Shown piece after piece: positions 24,220 through 33,306 of a stretch of 64,000 bases of DNA; within the stretch, counting starts at the first letter, position 1, and every line of letters starts with the position of its first letter. The stretch comes from an uncultured Gemmatimonadaceae bacterium (GTDB lineage Bacteria > Gemmatimonadota > Gemmatimonadetes > Gemmatimonadales > Gemmatimonadaceae). The position numbers and the translations under genes are program-made. The stretch spans positions 160,001-224,000 of the forward strand of contig CAWHHI010000005.1 in NCBI GenBank assembly GCA_963829055.1, read 5' to 3'. The notes under the pieces were generated by a model. It searched no databases and was not told the origin of the DNA. It worked only from the letters and a program-made list of their open reading frames with translations.

Positions 24220-26587
24220 TCACCCGCCGCGCAGCACCGTCAGCGGATCGACCTTCGTCGCGCGGTGGGCCGGGATGACACTCGCCACCGCCGCCACGAC
24301 CGTGAGCAACACCGCCACCACGGCGAACGTCGGGCGATCCGTCGCGCCGACCTCGAACAACAGGGCGCCAAGCACACGCGTTAGGCCCCACGCACCCGCC
24401 AAGACCAACAACAACCCCTGCGAGCGCGAGACGGACCGCACGGCCCTACCACCGCCGCCATCAGCACGCGCGTCGGGGCGCCGAGCGCGATGCGGATCCC
24501 CATCTCCGGCATGCTCTGCCTCACGAGATACGACATCACGCCGTAGATGCCCACCGCCGCGAGCACGAGCGCCGTGCCGGCGAACACGCCGAACAGCACC
24601 ACCGCGAAGCGTCGCGTCGCCATCGCGTCCGTGATCAGCGTGTCCATCAGGCTCACCGTCGGCGCCGGGATTGCCGCATCCACCGCTGCGACAGCGTCAC
24701 GCACACTCGGCGCGAGACGCGCCGCGTCCCTCCCGCGCACCACGATGGACATCGCCGGCTCGATGCGCGCCAGCGACGAGAAGTACATCATCGGCCGGAT
24801 CTCCGGCGTCTCGAGACTCTGATACCGTGCGTCACCCACGACGCCGACGACGGTGAACACACGACCGCGCTCCGCACCCCCAATGCGCACCTGGCGACCG
24901 ATCGCATCGACGCCCGGCCACGCGCTCCGGGCGAGCACCTCGCTGACGATCACCACGTCCGGTGCGCCGCTCCGATCCTGGTCCGTGAAATCGCGGCCCC
25001 GCACGAGACGGATCCCCATCGTCCGAAGGTACCCGGGCGACGCGACACGATATTCGGCGTCCGGCGGTCGATCACCGGGATCTAAAGGGCGGTCGACGAC
25101 CGCATACGTGAGCCCAGCGCTCGGGCCGGCAAACGGCGCGCTGTTCACTGCCGCGGCCGCCGTCACGCCCGGCACGTGCCTAACGCGCTCCAGCGCGTCC
25201 TGATAGTACCGGCCCACCCGTGCCGAATCGGAGTAGGTTGCCGCCGGCAACGCGATCGGCAGCGACCAGCACGTCGCGCGCGTCGAACCCGACATCCACT
25301 GATTGCAGCCGCAGCAGACTTCGGGTGAGTAGGCCGGCCCCGACGAGCAGCACGAGCGACAGCGACACTTCCAGTACGACCAGCGTCGACCGAAGTCCCT
25401 GCCCGATGGTTCCCGCGCCACTCCCCTTCCCCGCCGCCTTGAGCGTCTCGGCCACATTGGGTCGCGACGCACGGAACGCCGGGAGAAGACCGAACAGCAC
25501 GCCACTCCCGAGCGAGAATGACGGCGGTGAACGCGAGCACCGGCGCGTCGAGGCGGACATCGGCGAGACGCGGGACGGTTTCCTCGCCGAACCTTCGCAG
25601 CAGCGCGATGCCGCCGACCGCGAGCAGCAGACCGGCCACCGCCGCGATCGCCGCGAGCAGAATGCTCTCGGTCAGCAACTGCCGCGTGATCCGCCAGCGG
25701 GTTGCGCCGAGTGCGGCGCGGAGCGCGATCTCGCGCTGACGCGCAGCGGCGCGCGCGAGCTGCAGGTTCGCGGCGTTGGCGCACGCAATCAGCAGCACGA
25801 AACCAACGACGCCGACAAGCACGAGCACCGCTCGGCGGAATGGCTGCCCGACCATCATCTCCGGCACCGCCATCATGTTCACCGACCACGGGCCGTTCGT
25901 CGTCGGATAGTCCTTGGCAAGGCGCGCCGCGACCACGTTCGCCTGCATCTGCGCTCGAGCGAGCGTGGTCCCAGGCGCGAGTCGCGCCAGCACGCGGAGG
26001 TATCGATTGCTGTGGTCCTCGCTTGTGAACGAATCGCTATTCCCGTTTCTGCGAGGTCTAGGCGCTCTGAGCGCCCTGCGTTGCGTAGTGCCCGCTTCGA
26101 GTAAAGCTCTCGCTGACGCTCGGGATGACAACGAACAGCAGACAGGATTGCAGGATCGGCAGGATTCCGGGCGGGCGGGTCGCCGCCGTCCCTGAGATGT
26201 CTCTTGAAGCGGCAATCCGCTGAACACCGCGGTGTTCGCGCCGATGCCGATGGCCATGGTCAGCGCGGCAACGAACGTGAACCCGCGGTTGGCGGCGAAC
26301 GTTCGCCAGGCGAACCGGACGTCTTGCCGTATGGCGTCGAGCTGATCCGCTCGACGCTTCATGCCCGCGCGCTCGTGCGAGAGCTCCTCACACTCCTCGC
26401 GTACCGTCGCGAAGCTTCCAAAACGTTGCATCGTGGCCTCCCGCGCCTGAGCCTCTGTCATGCCGGCGCGCCGCATCTCCTCCACCCGCATCTCGATGTG
26501 GAACGCGAGCTCCTCGTCCACGTCACGAGCCGGGTCGGCGCGCCAGAAGCGCCGGTAGCGGCGCCAGAGTGAATCGGACTGCATCAC
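24220..26587 (-). CDS. MacB/FtsX-type duplicated orphan ABC permease (ADOP-like), frameshifted, with an internal repeat-derived segment
   Basis: DVDEELAFHIEMR prefix, QDVRFAWR, GANTAVFS, LLIACANAANL..RQREIALRAALGA, GIYGVMSY..EMGIRIALGA, IPAHRATKVDP. Confidence 0.85.
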
Positions 26588-26588
26588 G

Positions 26589-26931
26589 TCACCCGGGCTG
26601 TTTGGTCGCCGTGATCACCTTGGTGATCGCCGCAGCGTACTGCACCCAGCTCTCACTCTCGGCGCGGAGCGTCCGTCGCCCTTCCGGCGTGAGCGTGTAG
26701 AACTTGGCTGTCGATTGCTTCTCGGAGGTGCCCCACCGCGACTCGATCAGCCCCTTGTTCTCGAGGCGGTGCAGCGCTGGATAGAGCGACCCCTCCTCGA
26801 CCTTGAGGGCATCGTCCGTGGTGTCCTGAATCCACTGGGCGATGGCGTAGCCGTGCATTGGACGCCACGACACGGTCTTGAGAAGCAGCAGCTCGAATGG
26901 CGCCGCGCTTGAATGGCAGCTCTGCGGACAC
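26589..26931 (-). CDS. PadR family transcriptional regulator (N-terminal frameshift)
   Basis: MHGYAIAQWI, VEEGSLYPALHRLE, AKFYTLT; immediately upstream of the permease. Confidence 0.87.
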
Positions 26932-27065
26932 GAACGTCCTTCCCCTTGATTTGACAGGGGAACAATGCGCGCACATACATAGATTTGCAAGGGGTCGTAT
27001 CTGCGCGACTTCCGGAATGCCGGTCCCAAGCACAACGGCGAGCCCGGGCGTGGCGTATCGCCATC

Positions 27066-28052
27066 ATGGTCATCCCGCGCCGCCGAGGCGCCGCCCGACG
27101 ATGGCTCGACGCCCTCGGCGCTCCCATGCTGTTCCTCGCGCTCACCGCGTGCGCGACGCTGCGGTCGAATCGGCCGCTGACCAATGCGGCCATGGGCAGA
27201 ACGACGCGCCACACGCTCGTCGTCGGCAGCCGCACGCGGAGCTTCTACCTGCGGCTGCCACCGGCGTTCTCCGCGTCACAGCGCTACCCGCTGCTCGTGC
27301 TCCTGCACGGACACAACAGCAACGGCGCGAACGTCCTGCGACAGTCGCGACTGGAGCCAGCGGCGGACAAGCACGACGTCATCGTCGTCGCGCCTAACGG
27401 GACCGGGCGCTTCTCTCGCTTCGGCCTCACGTGGAACGCCGGCACGTGCTGCGGCTCCGCGCAGTCGCAGCACGTGGATGATGTCGCCTTTCTCGAGACG
27501 CTCATCGACACACTCGCCGCCGAGTTACCGGTGGACCGTGCGCGCGTCACGATCGCGGGCTTCTCCGCCGGCGGCATGCTCGCGCTCCGCGCCGCGTGCG
27601 ATCACAGCGCGATCGCGTACGCGTTCGTGAACGTGCAGGGGACGATGCCCGATACGACGTGCGCGCCGTCGCGCCCGGTGTCCATGCTGCTCATCGCCGG
27701 CGATGAGGACGAGGACATGCGCGAGGAGCACGCGGAGAACAAGCGGCACAACGGTCACGCGTTCGCCATCTCGGCCTCGGGGACCCTCCGGTTCTGGGCG
27801 CGTCACAACGGCTGCGACCCGGAAATGCCATCTCACGAAGGCCACGAGTACACGGAGTACCCGGCCACCGGCTGCGCGTCAGGCACGGTGACGCGGCTCA
27901 TCGTCGTGCACGGACATCCGCACGCGTGGCCCGGCGGTCGTCGCAGTTGGTGGCTGGCGCCGTCGCCGAACCCGGACGTGAGCGCCGATCAACTCATCTT
28001 CGAGTTTCTCGCTGCGTCGTCGCCGCATGACAGGGCGCCGATCGCGCGGTAG
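27066..28052 (+). CDS. PHB-depolymerase/LpqC-family esterase, probable lipoprotein
   Basis: PLLVLLHG, WNAGTCCG, DDVAFL, GFSAGG nucleophile elbow, HAWPG; LTAC lipobox; start uncertain (27066 or 27126). Confidence 0.8.
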   Translation: MVIPRRRGAARRWLDALGAPMLFLALTACATLRSNRPLTNAAMGRTTRHTLVVGSRTRSFYLRLPPAFSASQRYPLLVLLHGHNSNGANVLRQSRLEPAADKHDVIVVAPNGTGRFSRFGLTWNAGTCCGSAQSQHVDDVAFLETLIDTLAAELPVDRARVTIAGFSAGGMLALRAACDHSAIAYAFVNVQGTMPDTTCAPSRPVSMLLIAGDEDEDMREEHAENKRHNGHAFAISASGTLRFWARHNGCDPEMPSHEGHEYTEYPATGCASGTVTRLIVVHGHPHAWPGGRRSWWLAPSPNPDVSADQLIFEFLAASSPHDRAPIAR

Positions 28053-28074
28053 CGGTCGTCACTCGAGCGCAGCC

Positions 28075-28141
28075 ATCTGTCTCGTATTCGGAGTCAATCC
28101 GCTAGATCAGACGAATCCGTTCGCGTTTTTCGTCTGAGATG
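28075..28141. repeat. Single arm of the AACGGAT/ATCCGTT repeat family
   Basis: TGTCTCGTATTCGGAGTCAATCCGC...ATCCGTTCGCGT...CGTCTGAGATG, close to 7529-7592. Confidence 0.7.
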
Positions 28142-28605
28142 GCTGCCGCGTCCGGCCAGGCTATCCGAGCATCGGACGCATTCGACCAAGTAGGGACCCA
28201 CTGCCGTGAGTCCTCACGGCCACGTCGCAAGGCCTCCGCGCCTGACGCCGCTCGACCCGGAAGACGACGCCCAGCCTACAGTCCCCGGCCTAACGAGATG
28301 CGGATCTGACGCGACTCGACGGGATGGAAGTGAACGTCATCCGCGCCGCCCGTTAGGCCTCGGCGCACGCGCCCCTGTCTCTCGTCGGGCTCCAGGCTGG
28401 TCTCATGGTCCGACGTCTGTCTCATGATTGCTTGCCCAACTGTCCAACATGGCCTTACCTTCGTTCGCCGCCGAATGTTTACCACCGCCGGTCGTACGGC
28501 GTCGAGTCCATGAAGGTAGCTGCTCGAATACCGTCGATCAGTGAGATCGCGGGCCCCGCTGTTACCGCCGCTCGGCCACGGATCAAGGATCGGAAGGAGC
28601 CCGGA

Positions 28606-30141
28606 ATGAAGAAGGGACATGGCGCGGACGGCGATTCGACCGCGTTGTCGGATCCCGACAACCTGTACCGGCTGCTGGTCGAGAGCGCGCGCGATTACGC
28701 GATCTTCGCGCTCGACACCGCGGGTCGTGTATTGAGCTGGAACACCGGCGCCCAGCACCTCAAGGGCTACACGCGAGACGAGATCGTCGGGCGTCATTTC
28801 TCCGCCTTCTATCCGCCCGAAGACATTGCCGCGGGCAAACCGGACCGCGAGCTGACGGACGCGCAGCGCGACGGCAGTGTCGAGGACGAGGGCTGGCGCG
28901 TTCGCAAGGACGGGTCGCGGTTCTGGGCGAACGTCACGATCACGGCCCTTCGTGACGCATCGGGCGCCCTGATTGGCTATGCCAAGGTCACGCGCGATCT
29001 CACCGAGCGTCGTCGAGTCGAGTCCGAGCTGCGCGAGAGCGAAGAGCGCTACCGCGTCCTCGTTCAGGGCGTTCAGGACTACGCGATCTTCATGTTGGAC
29101 CCGGACGGACGCATTGCGAGCTGGAACGACGGCGCCCGGCGAATCAAGGGCTACGAACCCGAGGAAATAATCGGCCGCCACTTCAGCACCTTCTACCCGG
29201 CTGCGGACATTGCATCCGGCAAGCCTCCGTGGGAGCTCGAAGCCGCGGCCCGTGACGGGAAGTACGAGGAAGAGGGGTGGCGGATCCGGAAGGACGGCAC
29301 CTCGTTCTGGGCGAACGTGCTCATTACGGCCATGCGAGGGCGCGACGGAAGGCTGATCGGCTTCACCAAGGTGACACGCGACCTCACCGAGCGGAAAGCT
29401 GCTCAGGAGCGCGCGATCGCCGACGCGCGGCGCATCGCCGAAGCCGAGGCGGCGAGCCGCACGAAGAGCGAGTTCCTCACGTCGATGTCCCACGAGTTGC
29501 GCACGCCGATCAACGCCACGCTGGGTTATGCCGAGCTGCTCGTGATGGGCATCGGCGGCCCGACCACGGCGCAACAGCGCGAATACCTCGAGCGGATCCG
29601 CGGCAGCCAGGAGCATCTGCTTCGCGTCATCAACGACCTGCTCAACTACGGCCGGATCGAAGCAAGTCGGATGCAGTACGACATCACGACCATCCCGCTC
29701 CACAGCATCATAGAGACGGTGTTGCCGATGGTCGCCCCGCAGGCTCGGGCAAAAGCACTCCAGGTGACCCACGCAGCGTGCCCCGCGACGTTGACCGTGC
29801 GCGCCGACCGCGTGAAGGTGGAGCAGGTCGTCCTGAACCTGGTCTCGAACGCCGTCAAGTTCACGACGCGCGGCGGACACGTGACCGTCTCGTGCGCCGA
29901 GCGTGACGATCAGGCTGTGATCGCGGTGACCGACACCGGGCCGGGGATCCCCGCTGAGAAACACGCCGCGATCTTCGAGCCGTTCGTGCAGCTGGGCCGG
30001 ACCCTGACGAGCGGACACGAAGGCACCGGCCTCGGGCTCGCGATCAGTCGCGACCTCGCGCGTGCCATGGGTGGGGACGTCACCGTCGTCAGCACGCTCG
30101 GCCGCGGGTCGACGTTCACCCTCGCGCTCCCGCGCGCCTAA
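28606..30141 (+). CDS. PAS-PAS sensor histidine kinase
   Basis: Two DYAIF.LD..G..SWN.GA / EGWR.RKDG..FWANV PAS repeats; SHELRTP; NAVKFT, DTGPGI, GTGLGLAISR; AAGGAG SD. Confidence 0.92.
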   Translation: MKKGHGADGDSTALSDPDNLYRLLVESARDYAIFALDTAGRVLSWNTGAQHLKGYTRDEIVGRHFSAFYPPEDIAAGKPDRELTDAQRDGSVEDEGWRVRKDGSRFWANVTITALRDASGALIGYAKVTRDLTERRRVESELRESEERYRVLVQGVQDYAIFMLDPDGRIASWNDGARRIKGYEPEEIIGRHFSTFYPAADIASGKPPWELEAAARDGKYEEEGWRIRKDGTSFWANVLITAMRGRDGRLIGFTKVTRDLTERKAAQERAIADARRIAEAEAASRTKSEFLTSMSHELRTPINATLGYAELLVMGIGGPTTAQQREYLERIRGSQEHLLRVINDLLNYGRIEASRMQYDITTIPLHSIIETVLPMVAPQARAKALQVTHAACPATLTVRADRVKVEQVVLNLVSNAVKFTTRGGHVTVSCAERDDQAVIAVTDTGPGIPAEKHAAIFEPFVQLGRTLTSGHEGTGLGLAISRDLARAMGGDVTVVSTLGRGSTFTLALPRA

Positions 30142-30159
30142 CGCCGACGGCCCGGCGGC

Positions 30160-32180
30160 CTAACGCGGTGCCGACGACGCCGGCTGCGTGGAGCGCGGCA
30201 GGATGAGCGTGAACGTGGACCCCTCGCCCGGCACGCTGTCCACGACCAGGTCGCCGCCCATCCCGCGAGCCAGGTCGCGACTGATCGCCAGCCCGAGCCC
30301 AACACCGTCGTGCGGCCGATTCAACGTGCGATCGACCTGCACGAATGGGTCGAACACCGTCCGTGCGCGGTCTTCCGGAATGCCGACGCCCGTGTCGTGA
30401 ACGTGAACCCGCGCCTCGGTATCCGTGGCGCTGCAACTCACCGTGATGCTCCCGCGCTCGGGCGTGAACTTGATCGCGTTCGAGAGCAGGTTGAGCACGA
30501 CCTGCTGGATCTTGTCGTGGTCCGCATGCGCCGTGAGCAACGGGTCACACGCCGCGTAGCAGTACCGCAGCGCCTTCGCCTGCACCTGCGGCGCGATGAC
30601 CGCCTCGAGACCCGACAGCGCCGCGTCGAGCGAGACGTCCTTCCAGTCGTAATGCACCTGCCCCGCGTCGAGCTTGGCGAAGTTCAACACGTCGTTGACG
30701 AGCGTCAGCAACCGCTGCTGGCTGCGGGCCGTTCGCGCCAACGCCTCGGTTTGCGCGGGAGTCACAGGACCGTGAATGCCGAGCGCGATCAGCTGCACGT
30801 AGCCGCCGATCGCGTTGAGCGGTGTGCGCAGCTCGTGGCTCATCACCGCCAGGAAGTCGCTCTTCGCCTTGTTCGCCAGGTCCGCGGACGCCTTCGCCTC
30901 GAGCAACTGCGCGTTGGTCTGCTCCAGCTCCTCCGCCACTGTCTGCGCCTCTTCGACCTGCGCTTCCAGCTCGTCGTGCGTCGCGCCGATCTCCTGACGC
31001 ATGCGGTTGAACGTCTTCGCCAACCGAGCCACTTCATCGCGGCCGCTGTCATTCACCGGACGCGAGTAATCGCCGATCGCGAGCCCCTCGGCCGCCGCCG
31101 ACAGCGCAGCAAGCGGTCGCGTGATCCGCTTGCTGATCGAGCCATGATGCCCCGGCACTCACGATGACAAGGAGCAGGCTGAATAGGCCGAGGCGCATCA
31201 TCGTGGGCGCGTGAGCGTGCCGCGATCACGTCGGTGGGCAGTTCGAGGCTGATGGCCCAGGGTGTCCCCGCGATGGCCGCCTGCGTCACCATGAGATCGC
31301 CGACGCCTGGCCTGGACGCCGTAGATAGCGTATCCGTGGTCGCCTGTCCTTCGGCGCGGCGGCCGGCATCCCGCCCAGCGTCGACCAGAACGACCCGGCG
31401 CGGTTTCTGAAATAGCCCGTCACGTCTTCGCCAATCAGGTCGCGCAGTGCCTGGGACGCCTGGGGACCTCCTGTAACGCGATGCTGCTGTGTGATGTACG
31501 CCGATGCGCTCCCCGTTCTCGTAGATGGGCAGCGCGATCTCGAAGAACACTCGGCCGTGCGATACGTAGAACTCGCTCACACGCGCGGAGTCTGCTCGTG
31601 GCGTGACGTTGTCCGCGGTGCGGCTCGACGCGACCTCGGGCGGTGCCGCTTCAGTCACGGACAGCGAGTCTTTGCCAAGGCGTAGCAGGCGGCGTCCGGC
31701 CGCACTCCAAAGCTCGATTGGCAGCCCGGAATCGGTGGCGGCGGTCAGGCGATCCAGGGCGGTCCGCGCTGCAGCGAGTATCGCGGCGTCCACGGCTGGG
31801 CTCGACGGTTGGCCAGACGTGTTCGAGCGGTTGGAATCCGTCGCGCTCCGGAGGAGCCGCCGTATGGCGGAATCGCTCGCGACCGCATGCTGCAGTACGG
31901 CGCGCTGCTCCGCCCCTCGCGCGACCGAGGTGGCCAGTTGCTGCGTGGCGCGGGCGAGTCGAACCGCCACCGCGTCCCGGGCCGATCGCGTCAACGTGCG
32001 CTCGGTGAGGGCCAGGGACACCGTGAGCACGACGACCAGCACCGCCGTCATGAGGAGCGGCAGCTTTTGTTCGAGCGACAACTGCCGGACGCGGGGACCA
32101 GCAGCGGTCGTAGGCTCCGACGTCGTTGGCGGCAGGGCGATCGCCCGGTGAGAGAGGTATGAGAGTAGCGGTGGGGTCAT
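30160..32180 (-). CDS. Membrane HAMP sensor histidine kinase (frameshifted)
   Basis: N-terminal TM, periplasmic region, HAMP (ITRPL..DEVARLAKTFNRM), SHELRTPLNAIGGY, HATPase boxes. Confidence 0.85.
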
Positions 32181-32273
32181 GCGACCGCCAGACGCGATAC
32201 GTTGTGCGTAGACGACTCATGCGCGTCAGTGTTTCCGGCTGATCTGTTACGCGAGCATTCCGGCATCATTTCG

Positions 32274-32492
32274 ATGAGCTACGACCAATTCGACCCGAGT
32301 TCTCACGGCCAGGACGCAGCAACGAGAGAACAGGTTGCGACGCCACCCGATGGGTCCGCTTCCGTTCCGCCTAACGCCGATGACAGTGGGACATCGGTGG
32401 GGGACCCCGCGCGCGCGATGGGCGGCGACCTGACCGTGCGCAGCACGGTCGGCGTCGGCACCACGCTTACACTGAGCCTCGAGCGCGCTTGA
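32274..32492 (+). CDS. Small ORF ending in a histidine-kinase C-terminal fragment
   Basis: ARAMGGDLTVRSTVGVGTTLTLSL matches the tails of the neighbouring kinases; no H, N or G1 box. Confidence 0.4.
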   Translation: MSYDQFDPSSHGQDAATREQVATPPDGSASVPPNADDSGTSVGDPARAMGGDLTVRSTVGVGTTLTLSLERA

Positions 32493-33217
32493 TTCACGTC
32501 CATCATGGCCTCCCCCTCCCCCTCCCTCCCTCCGATCTCGATCCCGCAGACGTCCCGCCGCCTCGGTTCGTGCCGCTGCGTTTCACGCACCGGACGCTCG
32601 ACGAGTCCCGCGCGCGAGCTCACGCGTTCTTCGAGGAGATGAACCGCCGCCGCACGACGCGGCATTTCGCCGCCGACGATGTGCCTCGCGAGCTCATCGA
32701 ATGCGCGATCCGCACCGCCGGGACCGCGCCGAGCGGAGCACACCAGCAACCGTGGACGTTCGTCGCCGTGTCGGACCCGGCGCTCAAACGCCAGATCCGC
32801 GACGCCGCCGAAGCGGAGGAGCGCGAGTTTTACAACGGGAAAGCGCCGCGCGAGTGGCTCGAGGCGCTCGCGCCTCTTGGAACCGACGAACACAAGCCGC
32901 ACCTCACGGACGCTCCGTGGCTGGTGGTCCTGTTCCGCCAGGCCTATGGGCTCGACGCGACTGGCCATAAGCGAACGCTCTACTACACCGAGGAGTCGTG
33001 CGGCATTGCCGCCGGGTTCTTCATTGCCGCGGTTCACCAAATGGGACTGGTGACGCTCACGCACACGCCGAACCCGATGGGGTTCCTGCGCGAGTTGCTC
33101 GGCCGCCCGGTGAACGAGCGGGCGATGCTCATCATGCCGGTGGGCTACCCGGCGGACGGCGCGCAGGTACCGGACCTCTCACGGAAAGCGCTCGATGAGA
33201 TCGCGGTCTGGCGGTGA
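32489..33217 (+). CDS. Iodotyrosine deiodinase-like nitroreductase
   Basis: RRTTRHF, TAPSGAHQQPWTFV, EAEEREFY, LGTDEHKPHL, YYTEESCGIA, TLTHTP; start uncertain. Confidence 0.82.
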   Translation: MIHVHHGLPLPLPPSDLDPADVPPPRFVPLRFTHRTLDESRARAHAFFEEMNRRRTTRHFAADDVPRELIECAIRTAGTAPSGAHQQPWTFVAVSDPALKRQIRDAAEAEEREFYNGKAPREWLEALAPLGTDEHKPHLTDAPWLVVLFRQAYGLDATGHKRTLYYTEESCGIAAGFFIAAVHQMGLVTLTHTPNPMGFLRELLGRPVNERAMLIMPVGYPADGAQVPDLSRKALDEIAVWR

Positions 33218-33306
33218 GGCGTTCGGACACGCGGTGACGTCGCCTAACGCGCAGACCCGGGCTGCCCTCGTCCGCCGAGGGCTGGTGGCGCAACGCGGCG
33301 GTGCGG

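Noticed and set aside
28276..30018. Long antisense ORFs (also 49169-50893 and 61454-62488)
   Set aside because: Shadow frames of real high-GC genes, with no recognisable motifs.
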